From: Paraspadella gotoi
Taxonomy: Eukaryota; Animalia; Chaetognatha
DNA: 64,000 nucleotides
Direction: 5' to 3'
Assembly: GCA_051294375.1 (NCBI GenBank)
Contig: CM119266.1
Span: forward strand, 24,106,411 to 24,170,410
The notes below the pieces were generated by a model. That model saw only the letters and a program-made list of their open reading frames with translations. It did no database searches and was not told where the DNA came from. A program made the translations under genes and the position numbers. This document shows positions 1 to 11,976 of this stretch, piece by piece (within the stretch, counting starts at the first letter, position 1; every line of letters begins with the position of its first letter).

Positions 1-899
1 AAAGAAAGCGGGGCGGTCACGTGACGAGAGGCGGGAGAGCGCGACGGCGGGATGGAAGGAGATGGTGGACGGTGGTGGGGGTGGGGGTGGTGGAGGTGGT
101 GGAAGGTGTTGGGATGAAGGGAAGGGCCAAAGGAACTCGCAAAGGGAAGAGGCATCGCCACAGGTGTCATTCTCGTTGGGTGAAAAAAAAATTTCTGGGA
201 TCGAATTCAGATACCATCAAAATCGAGTCATTGAGAATTTTTTTGATTATTTTAAAGTTGCTGAACAATTTACTAATAATTTAATTTAATATCATATTAA
301 AATAAAACTAAAGGATAATTACTGTAATTTTGTTTCCATTTTTTTTTTTTTTTTGAGGAGGGGCAAAATTCAAAATACATAATAGAATGTAGTTTTCGGA
401 ACGATTCAATTTTTGGCTTGATCGATCTTGTACTTCGAAGTCAGATTCATTGCCGCATGAATTAATCCGGCGGTGAAAACCTCGAGCGGAACACCAGAAC
501 ACAGGCCTCACCAATGAATGACGAAACCCAGGCGTCCTGGAATATCTGAGGTTGAGTAGTAGGGGGGTAAGGGCGTTGAGAACGGCGGGGGCGGTACTCG
601 GAACGAGCCTGGCGATAGTGTCGAATTGAAAAAAAGTATCTACGTCTGGCGTTGGAAGGGATGGGGCATTGTTGAGCGAGAAAGGGAAAAGAAAAAAGCT
701 GCAAGTTAACCATACCAGTCTCGATAAAGTTAAACCCACAACCTGACGACATCCATTAAAGATAATATGAACGAGAATTGTCAGGATAAATTACTTCCAA
801 AAATTACTTTTTAAATCGAGGTTATGGGCGGACGCTTTTAATCGGCGCTCTGATCTATATCTGGGATCTCTTCTGCCATTCAAAGAAAACGCAGTCCTC

Positions 900-1110
900 T
901 AATTGGTCAAAATCTTCCGATGGTCAGCAAGCTTCAACGATTGGTCGAAACCGTCTGGTCTCGCGATGCCAGTTCGAGCGTGACGAAAGTCGAACAAGCC
1001 GATCACGTGATTGGAACGGGTCACGTGGCTCGTCACGTGATAAGTAGAATTCGATCACGTGGACCGAAGGAGCCACTGGCGAGAATCCGTCCGCACGATC
1101 ACGTGATCCG
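900..1110 (+). promoter_or_regulatory. Candidate DNMT3 promoter: five CACGTG E-boxes plus three ATTGG (reverse CCAAT) boxes
   Basis: CACGTG at 1004, 1022, 1034, 1056 and 1100; ATTGG at about 902, 940 and 1010. The cluster is CpG-rich and lies just upstream of a strong donor AG|GTAAGT (1190/1191). It is mirrored at about 35860-36065. Confidence 0.6.
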
Positions 1111-1190
1111 TGTCGAAACTTCACGGAGGCGAAACAGACGCGAAGGCGACGTTTGTGGGTGAATTCGCGGGTGAGGCAGGAAGGAGGGAG
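1110..1190 (+). other. Probable non-coding first exon of the DNMT3-like gene (5' end approximate)
   Basis: Ends at consensus donor GAG|GTAAGT (1191-1196). The next plausible acceptor is GTCTCCTGTAG (AG 1611-1612), upstream of ATG 1678. Confidence 0.45.
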
Positions 1191-1677
1191 GTAAGTCCAT
1201 TACCGGCTCCAACGAGGAAGAAATTTTGTTACCTTTTTGTTATTTTTTATGATTAATTGCGGGATTGATTTATTGAATTTATTAATTGAACGAAATAAAT
1301 TTTAGGTAGAACAATTTTTTTTTTCACCGTCCATTGATTGGATTTTCATTGTTTCTCGAAACTGACCAAAACGAGGCAGGGATTGTTCCTGGCTTGTTGA
1401 GTATTGTGTCCGGAAATCAACTGTGAGAAACCTGGCTTCTTTTTCTGCTTCGATCTGCTTTCGGGAAAAAAAAATATTGGCGATTCGAACGTAATTTTAT
1501 GACTCTAATGGCCGCGTCGTAAAAATAATTTTAATTATATCCTTAATTGTACAAAATTACTAAAACATGCAAACTTATGGAAACAAAATGTAAACAGTCG
1601 TGTCTCCTGTAGAAATAATTATCGAGGAAAAAGAACTTTAGAACTTGAGACTAAATTTAAAATTTAATTATTTAATT

Positions 1678-3648
1678 ATGAATCTTAACAATAAAATACA
1701 AGAACAAAACTCAACAGAAAAATTTGAACCTCTATCCCTCACCTCAACTAATTCGTCTGCTTCAAATACATCAGCGCCACGAAGTAAACCCCCAACTCCA
1801 GCTACTGACCCGATTACACATTTAACAACGCCGCCCTCGATAGCGCTAACAACGCCGATTACGACAGCGCCTTTATCGCCGACAACAACAACGTCAACAA
1901 CAACGAAAACTTTCCTTGATGAAAAGGAATATGAAGAAAAATATGCGACGGAATCAAAAATAGTATTCGACAAGGAATTCCAACTGAGCGACAAGAAAGA
2001 AGAGGAACCGAAAGGTGACCAGCCTTTGCTTGAGAATGGAACTGATATCCAAAGATCGAAAGAAAACGTCGACGACGACGACGACGACGAAGACGACGTC
2101 ATTATCGAAGACGAAATCCTCGTCCTCCAACATATTTTGGAAGATTCTTTCGAAGCTGAAGAAGGTAAAGAAGAGGACGGAGTGGGAGTTGTCGAAGACA
2201 ACGGTAACGACGCGAACGATGACGATGACGACGATGACGACGACGACTGTGAAATAATCGAAGAAAAAAGCGGAGAAATTTCCAACGGCGACAACGGAAA
2301 CGAAGAGGTTCACCCAAATGACTTTAACGTCGTTTCGCCGCGCGACGACGAAGTCAACGACGACGTTGACGATGTCACGATCGAAAACGGATGCGTCGAA
2401 AATGACGACGACGACAACAACAACAATAATAATAGCCAAGAGGAATCGAAGCGAATCGACAACGAATCTCTTTGCGAGATTCTCCGCGAGGACGACGGCG
2501 GAGATTCCGCCATCCTCGAAGTTCGAGAGTTCGAGCTTCGGGAAGATGGAAACGCGGAAGAAGACGAGAATGGAACTGGTCGAGGAGACGACGACGACGA
2601 CGACAACAACGATGGAAACACAAATATGATAAATACAAAAACTAACAAAACTAACGAAGACTCCTCAGACTTGATTTGTCTTGGGTACAAAAACGAGGAC
2701 CGCTCCAGCGACGGGTGCAGCTCTGGATGTGATGAGCCTCTAAGCTGCCCCGAATGTAATGACTCTCTGTGTGAGGAAGATGCCTCTGACTCTGAGGTGG
2801 AGATCCTCGACTCCTTCCCTCGTCCCGGTCCGCGATCGTCACGGAAACGGAAGCGCTCTTCAAGCCAATCTCTTCCCCANNNNNNNNNNNNNNNNNNNNN
2901 NNNNNNNNNNNNNNNNNNNNNNNNNNNNNNNNNNNNNNNNNNNNNNNNNNNNNNNNNNNNNNNNNNNNNNNNNNNNNNNNNNNNNNNNNNNNNNNNNNNN
3001 NNNNNNNNNNNNNNNNNNNNNNNNNNNNNNNNNNNNNNNNNNNNNNNNNNNNNNNNNNNNNNNNNNNNNNNNNNNNNNNNNNNNNNNNNNNNNNNNNNNN
3101 NNNNNNNNNNNNNNNNNNNNNNNNNNNNNNNNNNNNNNNNNNNNNNNNNNNNNNNNNNNNNNNNNNNNNNNNNNNNNNNNNNNNNNNNNNNNNNNNNNNN
3201 NNNNNNNNNNNNNNNNNNNNNNNNNNNNNNNNNNNNNNNNNNNNNNNNNNNNNNNNNNNNNNNNNNNNNNNNNNNNNNNNNNNNNNNNNNNNNNNNNNNN
3301 NNNNNNNNNNNNNNNNNNNNNNNNNNNNNNNNNACGGAAACGGAAGCGCTCTTCAAGCCAATCTCTTCCCCAGCGCCGGAATTATTCTTCGCGGAATTTT
3401 TCTTCGGGTCGGGACTCCCCTCTCGGCCGGCCAAGCAACTCAGATAGCGACTCATCCAGTTCTCCGCCGTCCCGACGCAACTCTGGAGATTGGTGGAGAT
3501 CTGAAGACGATGGCGACGAAGATCGTCGTCGTTTTCGTCGTCGTCTTGGATTCTTCGACGTTGAGAAGACGGTGAGGAAGAAGGAGTCGATTCGACGAGC
3601 CACTCCGGGCGAGGAGACGTTGGAGGAAACGAGGGAGAAACTCTCCAG
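1678..3648 (+). CDS. DNMT3: DNMT3-like N-terminal exon: Thr/Pro-rich, then Asp/Glu-rich, then Ser/Arg-rich low-complexity arm
   Basis: Long open frame from ATG 1678. It continues as SSSQSLPQRRNYSS once the duplicated 39 bp across the N run is collapsed. Donor CAG|GTATC at 3648/3649 is in phase with the next exon. An alternative donor at 3665/3666 and a possible small exon at about 3737-3810 are not excluded. Confidence 0.6.
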
Positions 3649-6600
3649 GTATCAGGGAACACAAGGTATAAAGGATAAATTTATTCATTTAAAATGTCTT
3701 TGGAATAAAATTACAATTTTGAAATTAAGAATTGAGACGACTTACCACCGGTGTCTCTCTCTAAACCCTTCCTCTCTCCTCTTTCTCCGAGCCGGTCTAT
3801 CCACACGGGCGTATGTATGTTTCAAAGCTTAAGTACTTAGACTAATTATGAACTAATAACACTGTGGTAAGATTTTGTGCGACTTTGAACTCTTTTTCCT
3901 TTAATTTTTTTGTACATTTTTAAATTAATAAAATATATATGTTATTACATTTTTGACTTAGAAAAACCTTTGTCGACGAAGATGGATTCACTCGCCTCGT
4001 GAAAGAAACGTTCACCACAGTGAGAAGAAGATTGAGAGAAAAACGGAGACAAAAAAGAAGAGAGGAAACAAGAGAAAGAGAAAAAAGAAAAGACACGAAA
4101 GAAAGAGAAAATTTTGAAGAAAGGAAAGACATGAAAGAAAGAGAAGAGAGGGAAGAAAGTAAAGACATGAAAGAAAGAAAAGAAAGTGAAGAAAGAAAAG
4201 ACACGAAAGAAAGAGAAGAAAGAAAAGACACAAAAGAAAGAGAAGAAATAAAAGATACGAAAGAAAGAGAAAAAAGAAAAGACACGAAAGAAAGGAATGA
4301 AAGAATAGAAAGGAAAGCCGCGATAGAGAGAGAAGAAAGTCGAAAATTGGACTCCCGCTTTCGACTCCGAGGCCGCAGAGACCCCGTCCCGTCGGGAGTT
4401 GACTTGCGCCGGTGTTCCGTCCCTCTAGCGGACATCGCCTCTCAAAGCTCGAAACCTTGTTACGTGCGCTTAGTCGACTTTGTAAACTCAAGATCGAGAA
4501 ACAACGGCGGCAGGGACGCGGATGCTTTAGCGGCGATCGCTGCCGCGGATGCTTCTCGTCGGCAACGGAAGGAAAGCTTTCAACGCCGCCGGCTGCTGCG
4601 AATGAACAAGGCGCAGCTGCGAAAGGTAGTGCGCTCGAAGAAGGCGGGTCTATCCGTTGTGGGATTCCCCACTCGCCCCGAGGATCTCTTCAGCTCCTGG
4701 CAGCTGCGCGAAGCGGAGGGCGAGGTGCGCGTGGGTCCCACGGGGTCCGTTAGGTCAAGACCGACGCCAGTGCCGCGAAAATGGCGCCGACCGCTGAGGG
4801 TCTTGTCTCTGTTCGACGGAATATCGACGGCGTTGGTGGCGCTGAAGGCTCTCAACCTCCGCGTCGACACCTACCTCGCCTCCGAGATCGATCCCACAGC
4901 CATCCAATGCAGCAGCCTCAACCACCCGGAGATCGTTCAAGTCGGCGACGCGCGCGACATCTCCGAGGACGACCTTCGGGCCTGGGGGCCTTTCGATCTC
5001 GTCGTCGGCGGATCGCCCTGTAACGACTTCTCCCGGGCCAACCCCCTTCGCGAGGGCTTCACCGGAAAAAACGGAAAGCTCTTTTTTGAGTTCGCGAGGG
5101 TTTTGAACATTTGCAGGTGAGGTATGTTGCAGAAAAATTTCGTTTGCATATTTCAGTGGTTTTTCTCTTCATTCTTATTGAGCAAAATTTCATTTTTAAT
5201 TCATATTTTTACTTGCGGCAAACCCGCAAATAAGAATTTAGAAAATCATTTGAGCTCCCAAAACGTAAGATTTTAAACAAATTACATAGTTCATGATTAA
5301 TAGCATAGTTTATGTACAATACTAAAGTTATTAGAGCTCACATAAAAATAAAGTTTTAGAGTAATAAATTTGTTATCTTTGTTTACGTCGTTGTGAAATG
5401 TGAACGATTTTTTTGCCATTTTCCTAAAAATAAACGTACATTTTTGGCAAGACTCAGGACTTAATTCTCTCATAAAAAAATTCATATTGATCTTATCTCG
5501 TTTTATTGCATTTTTAATTTTTTTTTTTTCCAAAAAATGTTCAATTTGAGATCCATCCACGAGGAGGCGGAATCGTCGACGGGCGATTCGGAGGACATTC
5601 CACGGTGTCCCCCTCCTATGTTCTGGCTCTTCGAGAACGTTGTCATGGACACGGAAGACCGCAGCACCATATCCTTCGCGCTGGAGAGCGACCCCGTCAT
5701 AGTCGATGCCGTCTATTTTAGCCCCATGAAACGGAGCAGACTATTCTGGTCAAACATCCCTTGGCCCAATACGCTGGTCACCGACGAAGAAGATGTTTTG
5801 ACGCTGCAGGTTCGGTTCTTGCTATAGTTTATTAAAACTTTATTCTAATACCGTATTAATTCATTTAAAGGAGTAGAAAATGCTTGCTTTTACATGGATA
5901 TGAAGAGACAGTAATTATTGATAAGTGTAAATGACAGAACCGTTCAATATAAGCACTATATAATAACACTATGATACAAGAAGGTTATTCCAGTTGAATA
6001 ACGAAAGGTACTTTTTTTCTTCTTTTTTTCTATTCTTTCTATTGTCTTTATCATTCCGAACGACCCAGTTTCTGTGAACCTTCATTTTACTGTTTTCCGG
6101 CTTAAACTTAAAATTTACGACCCATTCCGTTCGGCGACTACAAATGAAGTCTTATTTGTTTCGTAAATGTTGCTTTTTTTGTTCGTTCCATGTACATGAG
6201 AAAAGCATTTATTTGGCTTCAGGCTTCAGGCTTCACAATATCGAAACTTTCCGTTAAACTGTGTTTGCGGGAAGTCAGAATTAACCGCACGAAAATGCAA
6301 TTAATCATTAATATTTCCGCCTTTTTCTTTTTCTCCTCTCCCGTTCCCTTTTCTCTTTCACTCTTTATCCTTTCTCTTCCCCTTCCCCTTCCCCTTCCCC
6401 ATCCGACCAGAATGTCCTGGAGCGCGACCGCGTCGCTCGCGTCGTCAAGATTCGCTGCATCACGACGAAATCGAACAGCCTCTACCAAGGCAAGTTCCAG
6501 CAGTTGCCCGTCCACACTCGCTCCGGACGAGAGGCGCCTTTGACGACGCGGGAGATCGAGAGATGCTTCGGCTTCGAAGACGACTACACCGGAGGCTTTT

Positions 6601-7502
6601 CCGAAGACGTTCGTCAACAGCTCCTCGGTATGTCCTGGTCGGTTCCCTGCGTCAAAAAACTCTTTCGACCCTTGAAGGACTACTTCGCGGCGGCGGAAGA
6701 GGAGGATGAGGTGGAAATCATTGGATGGAGGAAAAGAAAATGGAGAAGAGAGGAGAGTGGGGGAAACGGAGGAGGAAATGGAAAAGAGGAAGGGAAAGAG
6801 GAAGATGTAAGTGGAGAAAAATTGATTGAAGAGGATGATGGGGTTTGTGGAGCTGGAGAAGGCGATCATCTCAGTCGAGAAGATGGAGGAGAAGGGAGGG
6901 ACGTTGGAGAAGATGATTTGGTGACGATGGATGAAAATAGAAACTTGGAAGAAGTTGATGTAGGAGAAGGTGGATGTGGAATTGAGGGAGAAGAAGAAAG
7001 AGAGAAAAGAGATATTGGAGAAAAAACTGAACTGATGATTAAAGAGAATCTGGAGGAGACGAATATAATGGAGGTAAAAATGAAGGAGCTAACGAAAGAA
7101 ATGAAGAAGGGGCATGCGGAAGAAAAGCGACTGGAAAATGAAAAATTAAAGGAGGAAATGGAAGAAGAATCTGAACGGAAGACTGAAAATGCAAGCAAAG
7201 GAATTGATAACGAATTTGTGAAACAAAAGCTGAAAAGTGAAGTAAAATGTGAGAATGAAACCAAGATGGAAAAAAACGTTGATGACAAAAACGAAAAAAC
7301 TCTGGAAAAAGAAGTGGAGGTGGAAAATAAAATCGAAAATCAAATGGAAAAGACAAACATGAAAACGAAGGAAGAGAAAAAAGAGGTGAAAGAGGTAAAT
7401 GAAATGGAAAAAGAGGTAAAAAAGTTGATGCAAATAATGATGATGAAAATTGTAAATCAAAATGAAATATGTGAGGAGATGGAAGTAAAAATACTGAAAT
7501 AA
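1678..7502 (+). CDS. DNMT3: DNA (cytosine-5)-methyltransferase 3-like, spliced, about 1327 aa, lacking PWWP/ADD
   Basis: Model: 1678-3648 (false gap closed), 3962-5116, 5551-5809, 6411-7502. Phases 2/2/0 are compatible and total 3984 nt. Motifs: VLSLFDGIST (I), YLASEID (II), VGDAR (III), GPFDLVVGGSPCNDFS (IV, catalytic PC), WLFENVV (VI), KRSRLFWSNIP (VIII), ITTKSNS (TRD), EIERCFGF (IX), RQQLLGMSWSVP..LFRPLKDYFA (X). These are colinear with the DNMT3A/B catalytic domain. Confidence 0.9.
3962..5116 (+). CDS. DNMT3: DNMT3-like exon: K/E/R repeat plus MTase motifs I-IV
   Basis: Acceptor TTTTGACTTAG and donor CAG|GTGAGG. Encodes LRVLSLFDGISTALVALK...GGSPCNDFSRANP...GKLFFEFARVL. Confidence 0.9.
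4060..4335 (+). repeat. Coding tandem repeat, ~27 bp unit (KEREERKDT-like), about 8-9 degenerate copies
   Basis: Repeated AAAGACACGAAAGAAAGAGAAGAAAGA-like units, in frame in the DNMT3 exon. Confidence 0.85.
5551..5809 (+). CDS. DNMT3: DNMT3-like exon: motifs VI-VIII
   Basis: Encodes FWLFENVV...ISFALESDPVIVDA..SPMKRSRLFWSNIP. Acceptor TTTGAG follows a poly-T tract; donor CAG|GTTCGG. Confidence 0.88.
6411..7502 (+). CDS. DNMT3: DNMT3-like last exon: TRD, motifs IX-X and a ~270 aa Glu/Lys-rich tail
   Basis: Long pyrimidine tract then CCAG|AAT. Encodes NVLERDRVARVVKIRCITTKSNSLYQGK...LFRPLKDYFA and stays open to TAA at 7500-7502. AATAAA at about 7672 and 7748. Confidence 0.88.
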   Translation, partial: NVLERDRVARVVKIRCITTKSNSLYQGKFQQLPVHTRSGREAPLTTREIERCFGFEDDYTGGFSEDVRQQLLGMSWSVPCVKKLFRPLKDYFAAAEEEDEVEIIGWRKRKWRREESGGNGGGNGKEEGKEEDVSGEKLIEEDDGVCGAGEGDHLSREDGGEGRDVGEDDLVTMDENRNLEEVDVGEGGCGIEGEEEREKRDIGEKTELMIKENLEETNIMEVKMKELTKEMKKGHAEEKRLENEKLKEEMEEESERKTENASKGIDNEFVKQKLKSEVKCENETKMEKNVDDKNEKTLEKEVEVENKIENQMEKTNMKTKEEKKEVKEVNEMEKEVKKLMQIMMMKIVNQNEICEEMEVKILK

Positions 7503-7998
7503 AATTTGGATTAAAATTTGGATTAAAGTTTGTATACATCTGATCTGTTAAATCGTAGTTTTTTTCGTTTATATCAGTTTTATCCTGATTTTCAATTAAT
7601 TATTTTTAAGTTAAGTATTTCCAAGTCATACCCATTTTTTTAGTATTTTTATATCATTTTTGATTGTTTCGAATAAATTCTTTCGAAATGTGATACGATT
7701 TTATATTAGTATGAAATTTCTTAAATTTTTATCCTTATTATGAGGGTAATAAAAATGTTTTAGTTCGTCTATTATCAGAATTACGATTTTTGTTTTTTAC
7801 CATTAGCCCATAATTGTAGAATATATTCTTTTAAAAAAGAATAACTAGTTGTTTATTGGGAAATAAGACTTAGTAAGTTTTTGTTTTATGACCTTCCTAG
7901 TTTCGAACCGCAACGATCCAACGCCTCTCTCTCTCTCTTTCTCTCTCAATCTCTAATTCACGAGGAAATATTTGTCAGTTTTTCATCCTCATTTCTGA

Positions 7999-8094
<96 letters not shown>

Positions 8095-9140
8095 AGTCTT
8101 CATCGGGTTTTGTTATTTTTTTTTTTTCAAAGGGGGAGGGGACTTTTGCCCGGGACTATTGGGCGGGGTTTTACCGTTGAGTTGGATGAGACAATAAAAT
8201 TGGACACCGAGAATTAAAATCTTTCGTTAATTGGATTTAGGGCACTTGGCACTGGCTTTGGACGGGATGAGGGGGAGCTGGGAGCAAATTGCGATGGGAC
8301 AGTCCTTTTTTGTGACGACGACGACAGTCCTTTTCGTCGATGACGTCGGCGTTTCTAGGAGATAAAAAAAGTGGCCATCGTCGACGCAAAAGTGGAACAT
8401 TTTCATTAGTGAAATGAGAAGAGATGACGTGGGTCTATTGGGTGAGCGGAGTGATCACTGAGACCACACAAAGAGAAAATGAGTGGGAGAAACTTAATTT
8501 AGGAGTAACGAGGTCGAGATGACGACGTTTTTTATGGCGTCCGCGCGTCTCTATCTCCATCAGCGTCTCTATCTCTGTCTGGTTGGACCACAAGGCCTCG
8601 CGAGGAACCAACAGTGACCCACCCTTTCCTCGCTCCACCTCTTATTTTTTGTCCTCCAAACGACGAGTCCAAACGACGTGGAGATCTCGTTCCTCGTGTG
8701 ATGAGCACTTTTTCCCGTTAGTTTAGGGAAGTGTGAGTCGGTGTGGGACGAGTTGTAATTTATAATTCTTATATCGCCTAACTTTTTTTCTTCAGGTGCT
8801 TTGAGCCAATAAATACAAACTAAAAGAATGGTTTTTGTAGATAACTCCAAAATTCATATTATATCAAAACTCTTCTACTCTCTCTCTCTCTCTCTCTCAA
8901 ACTAGACTAATTTCATGGAGAGGCGTGTTTATAATTTGTGGGCGTGGAACGATCGGTGTGGGGAACGCGGTGGTCGTCGAATGGGTATCGTTGTGGTCAT
9001 CGTCGCCGTCGTCGACACTGGAGATTCATGCAGTAATTTTGTGCGTCGACCAGCCACCAAATCCTCGAGTTAATTGAGCCTCGGACCGAACCATTCGAAC
9101 CAGAATTCACGTCAGTTTCATTCGGTCGTAATTCAGGATC

Positions 9141-9181
<41 letters not shown>

Positions 9182-9898
9182 GGGTGGTGCGGAGAGGGAG
9201 CAGTCGGGGTAAGGATGTTAAAACACTTAAAGTGAGTCCAAACTGGATGGGTGGGATTCGGAGGAGGTTCATAGAAACGGGTGGGTATTTGAGCGAGAGC
9301 GAGACTCGAGAGTGAGACAATCCGGGAGCGAGAGAGAGAGAGGGAGAGCGCTGGCTTTTTTTTCGTTTGCCGATAAATTTTGAAAAACCGGCGACTAACG
9401 GGGCCGAGTTCTGTCCTCTTTCTCTCTCAACCTTCGTTGGATCTGTTTTTTTTTTCCGTCGAAGTCTTTTTCGGCGGAAAATTGATCCGTTTTTTATGCT
9501 CGTAAAAATTTTCATAAATAAACGCGCAACTGGAGAGGATGGAGAGAGAAGAGAGATAGAAATAGAGAGAGAAGAAAAAAAAAAGAAAATAAAAAGAGCG
9601 AACCTTGTAGAGACTCGATAAATGGCTCGATTTACGATAATATACTTTTTCGTTTGAATGTAACTCGCGAATTGGCCAAGATTTAAACGAATTTAATGTA
9701 CAACCAACTTCGATGCTACGGACGTAAGCTCGAAGACGAAAACATCCCAATCGGTTTCTACGAATCGGCTAAACCGTTGAGGCGTTAACGATCCGATGGG
9801 CGTGTTTGCGAATATTAATCCTTCAAAAATCTCCTTCGTTTCAATACGTTTTATGAATTCTTTAAAAAAAAAAACATGAGCATAATGAATATTAGCTG

Positions 9899-9997
<99 letters not shown>

Positions 9998-10409
9998 TTT
10001 GACGGGGCAGGAGGCAAAGTAACAAAAAACGGTAGAAACAACAAAAGAAACATGAAGGGAGAAATATAAGAACGTCTCCGCCGCCGATGGATCATAAGCA
10101 TCCAGTTTACGACGGACGATTTTAATCTTTATTCTTCCAATAAACAATTCCAACGATGCTCGTCGCCCCTCCTCCTCGCCGGGTCGTCGTCGTCGTTGTC
10201 GTCGTCTTCGTCGTCGTCTCAATTTTCCCCCCGCAACTCGTCCGAGGACCCTTGAGGGCTGAAATCTGAATATAATCATCCCAACGTCGATGCTTTCCGC
10301 TAATTTAATATTAGTCAGTATCTTTCACCGGCCTAATTGTCCGTCTGATTGAATATTTTCGCTTTTAATTCGATCCGTTCGTCTGTCTCTTCAACAGTCT
10401 GTCCATGCG

Positions 10410-10562
<153 letters not shown>

Positions 10563-11252
10563 AAGAACCCTCAAGTCCCCGCGATTACGAGGCTCGTATT
10601 AAGCGAGTAAGTTTCGCGTTCGAAGGTGAACTGATATTTACTTTCCCCATAAACGATAAACAAAAGATCCAAAAACAAAAGCGGGAAAAATCGGGTGAGG
10701 TTTTTTGGGGTGAGGCGGCGGAAAAATTGGGGGAAGTGGGCGGGGCGGAGACGTCCTCCGTTGCGTCTTTTCACTCGCGGTGTTTTGATGCTGACCTTTT
10801 TTGCTATTTTCATTGGTTTCTAACAATCTGCAACGCGACTTAGTTTTTCTAAGTTGTGCGGAGATTTTGTTAAAATAAGTTATTTTTTTAGGTTAAAAAA
10901 GTTAAAGAACCATAAATAAGAATTATTTTCATTAGTAATTAATGTCTTTCATCTTTACATTCGTTACAGGCCTTAAAATCTGGTCCGAACGTTTTAGAAT
11001 TTCCAGTTTGCGTGCGTCCAAAAAATCCTCGCTGGTTCCACCCACGTGCGCGGGAGCGTCCATGATTAACGAGACGCATCCTCATCGAAAGTTTCGATCT
11101 TTTTGCTCTTTTTTTTTCCGGATCGCGTCTTCTTGACTTTTTGTTTCTCTGCCTCGTTTCTGCCAAATATTCGAGACAAGCGAATGACGAACACAAATCA
11201 TCCGCCGACACGGAGGGAAAGAGCGATAGAGGGAGAGTAAGGGAAAAAGAGA

Positions 11253-11305
<53 letters not shown>

Positions 11306-11918
11306 CATTTGCATTTGAGATGAGATGGAAGAATTCGCAATGAGTGAAGAAGTTGATTACTAAGAATTTTGTAAAATCGTCTAACTACAAAATTCCTTTC
11401 TCGTCAACGCAAGCAGTCTGTATATTGTATATATTTCTCTTTTTCTTAATGTAGATACGTGGGACCAAAGTTGCACAAAAGTCCTGACATTGTTTTAGAC
11501 AAATACATAAGTTTTTAGATATCTTCTGTTTTCCCTATAAAAATACTACTTGAAAAATTATGTCTAAATATATGGCCAAAAATTATAAGAAAGAGTAAAA
11601 GATATTAAATGCCTACTGATTTTCTATTTTAAAGTTTAAAAAAAGTGTAACACTTCATGAAGTTATATCTATGTACCTCCAATGCATTACGAATTAAATT
11701 TGCTAAATATCGCAAAACCTTATTTTTTTGTCAGAAAAAATATATTCAAGGTCGAAGCCACTGAAATTTTTGAAAAAGAAGAATTTTTTTTAAAAATGAA
11801 GAAAAGAAACAAAGAGGAAAAACAAAGGATGAAATACGGAATATCAAAGAGAACTAAGGATGGAAGAAACGTCTGCTCAAAATGGGGAATCAGGGAGATA
11901 TCCCTCTCTCTCTCTCTG

Positions 11919-11976
<58 letters not shown>

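Noticed and set aside
308-752. Minus-strand ORFs divergent from the DNMT3 promoter
   Set aside because: No recognisable domain or convincing splice structure; a non-coding divergent transcript is not excluded.
2710-2775. Cys cluster CSSGCDEPLSCPECNDSLC as an ADD remnant
   Set aside because: Too short, and the spacing does not match the GATA-like/PHD pattern of ADD.
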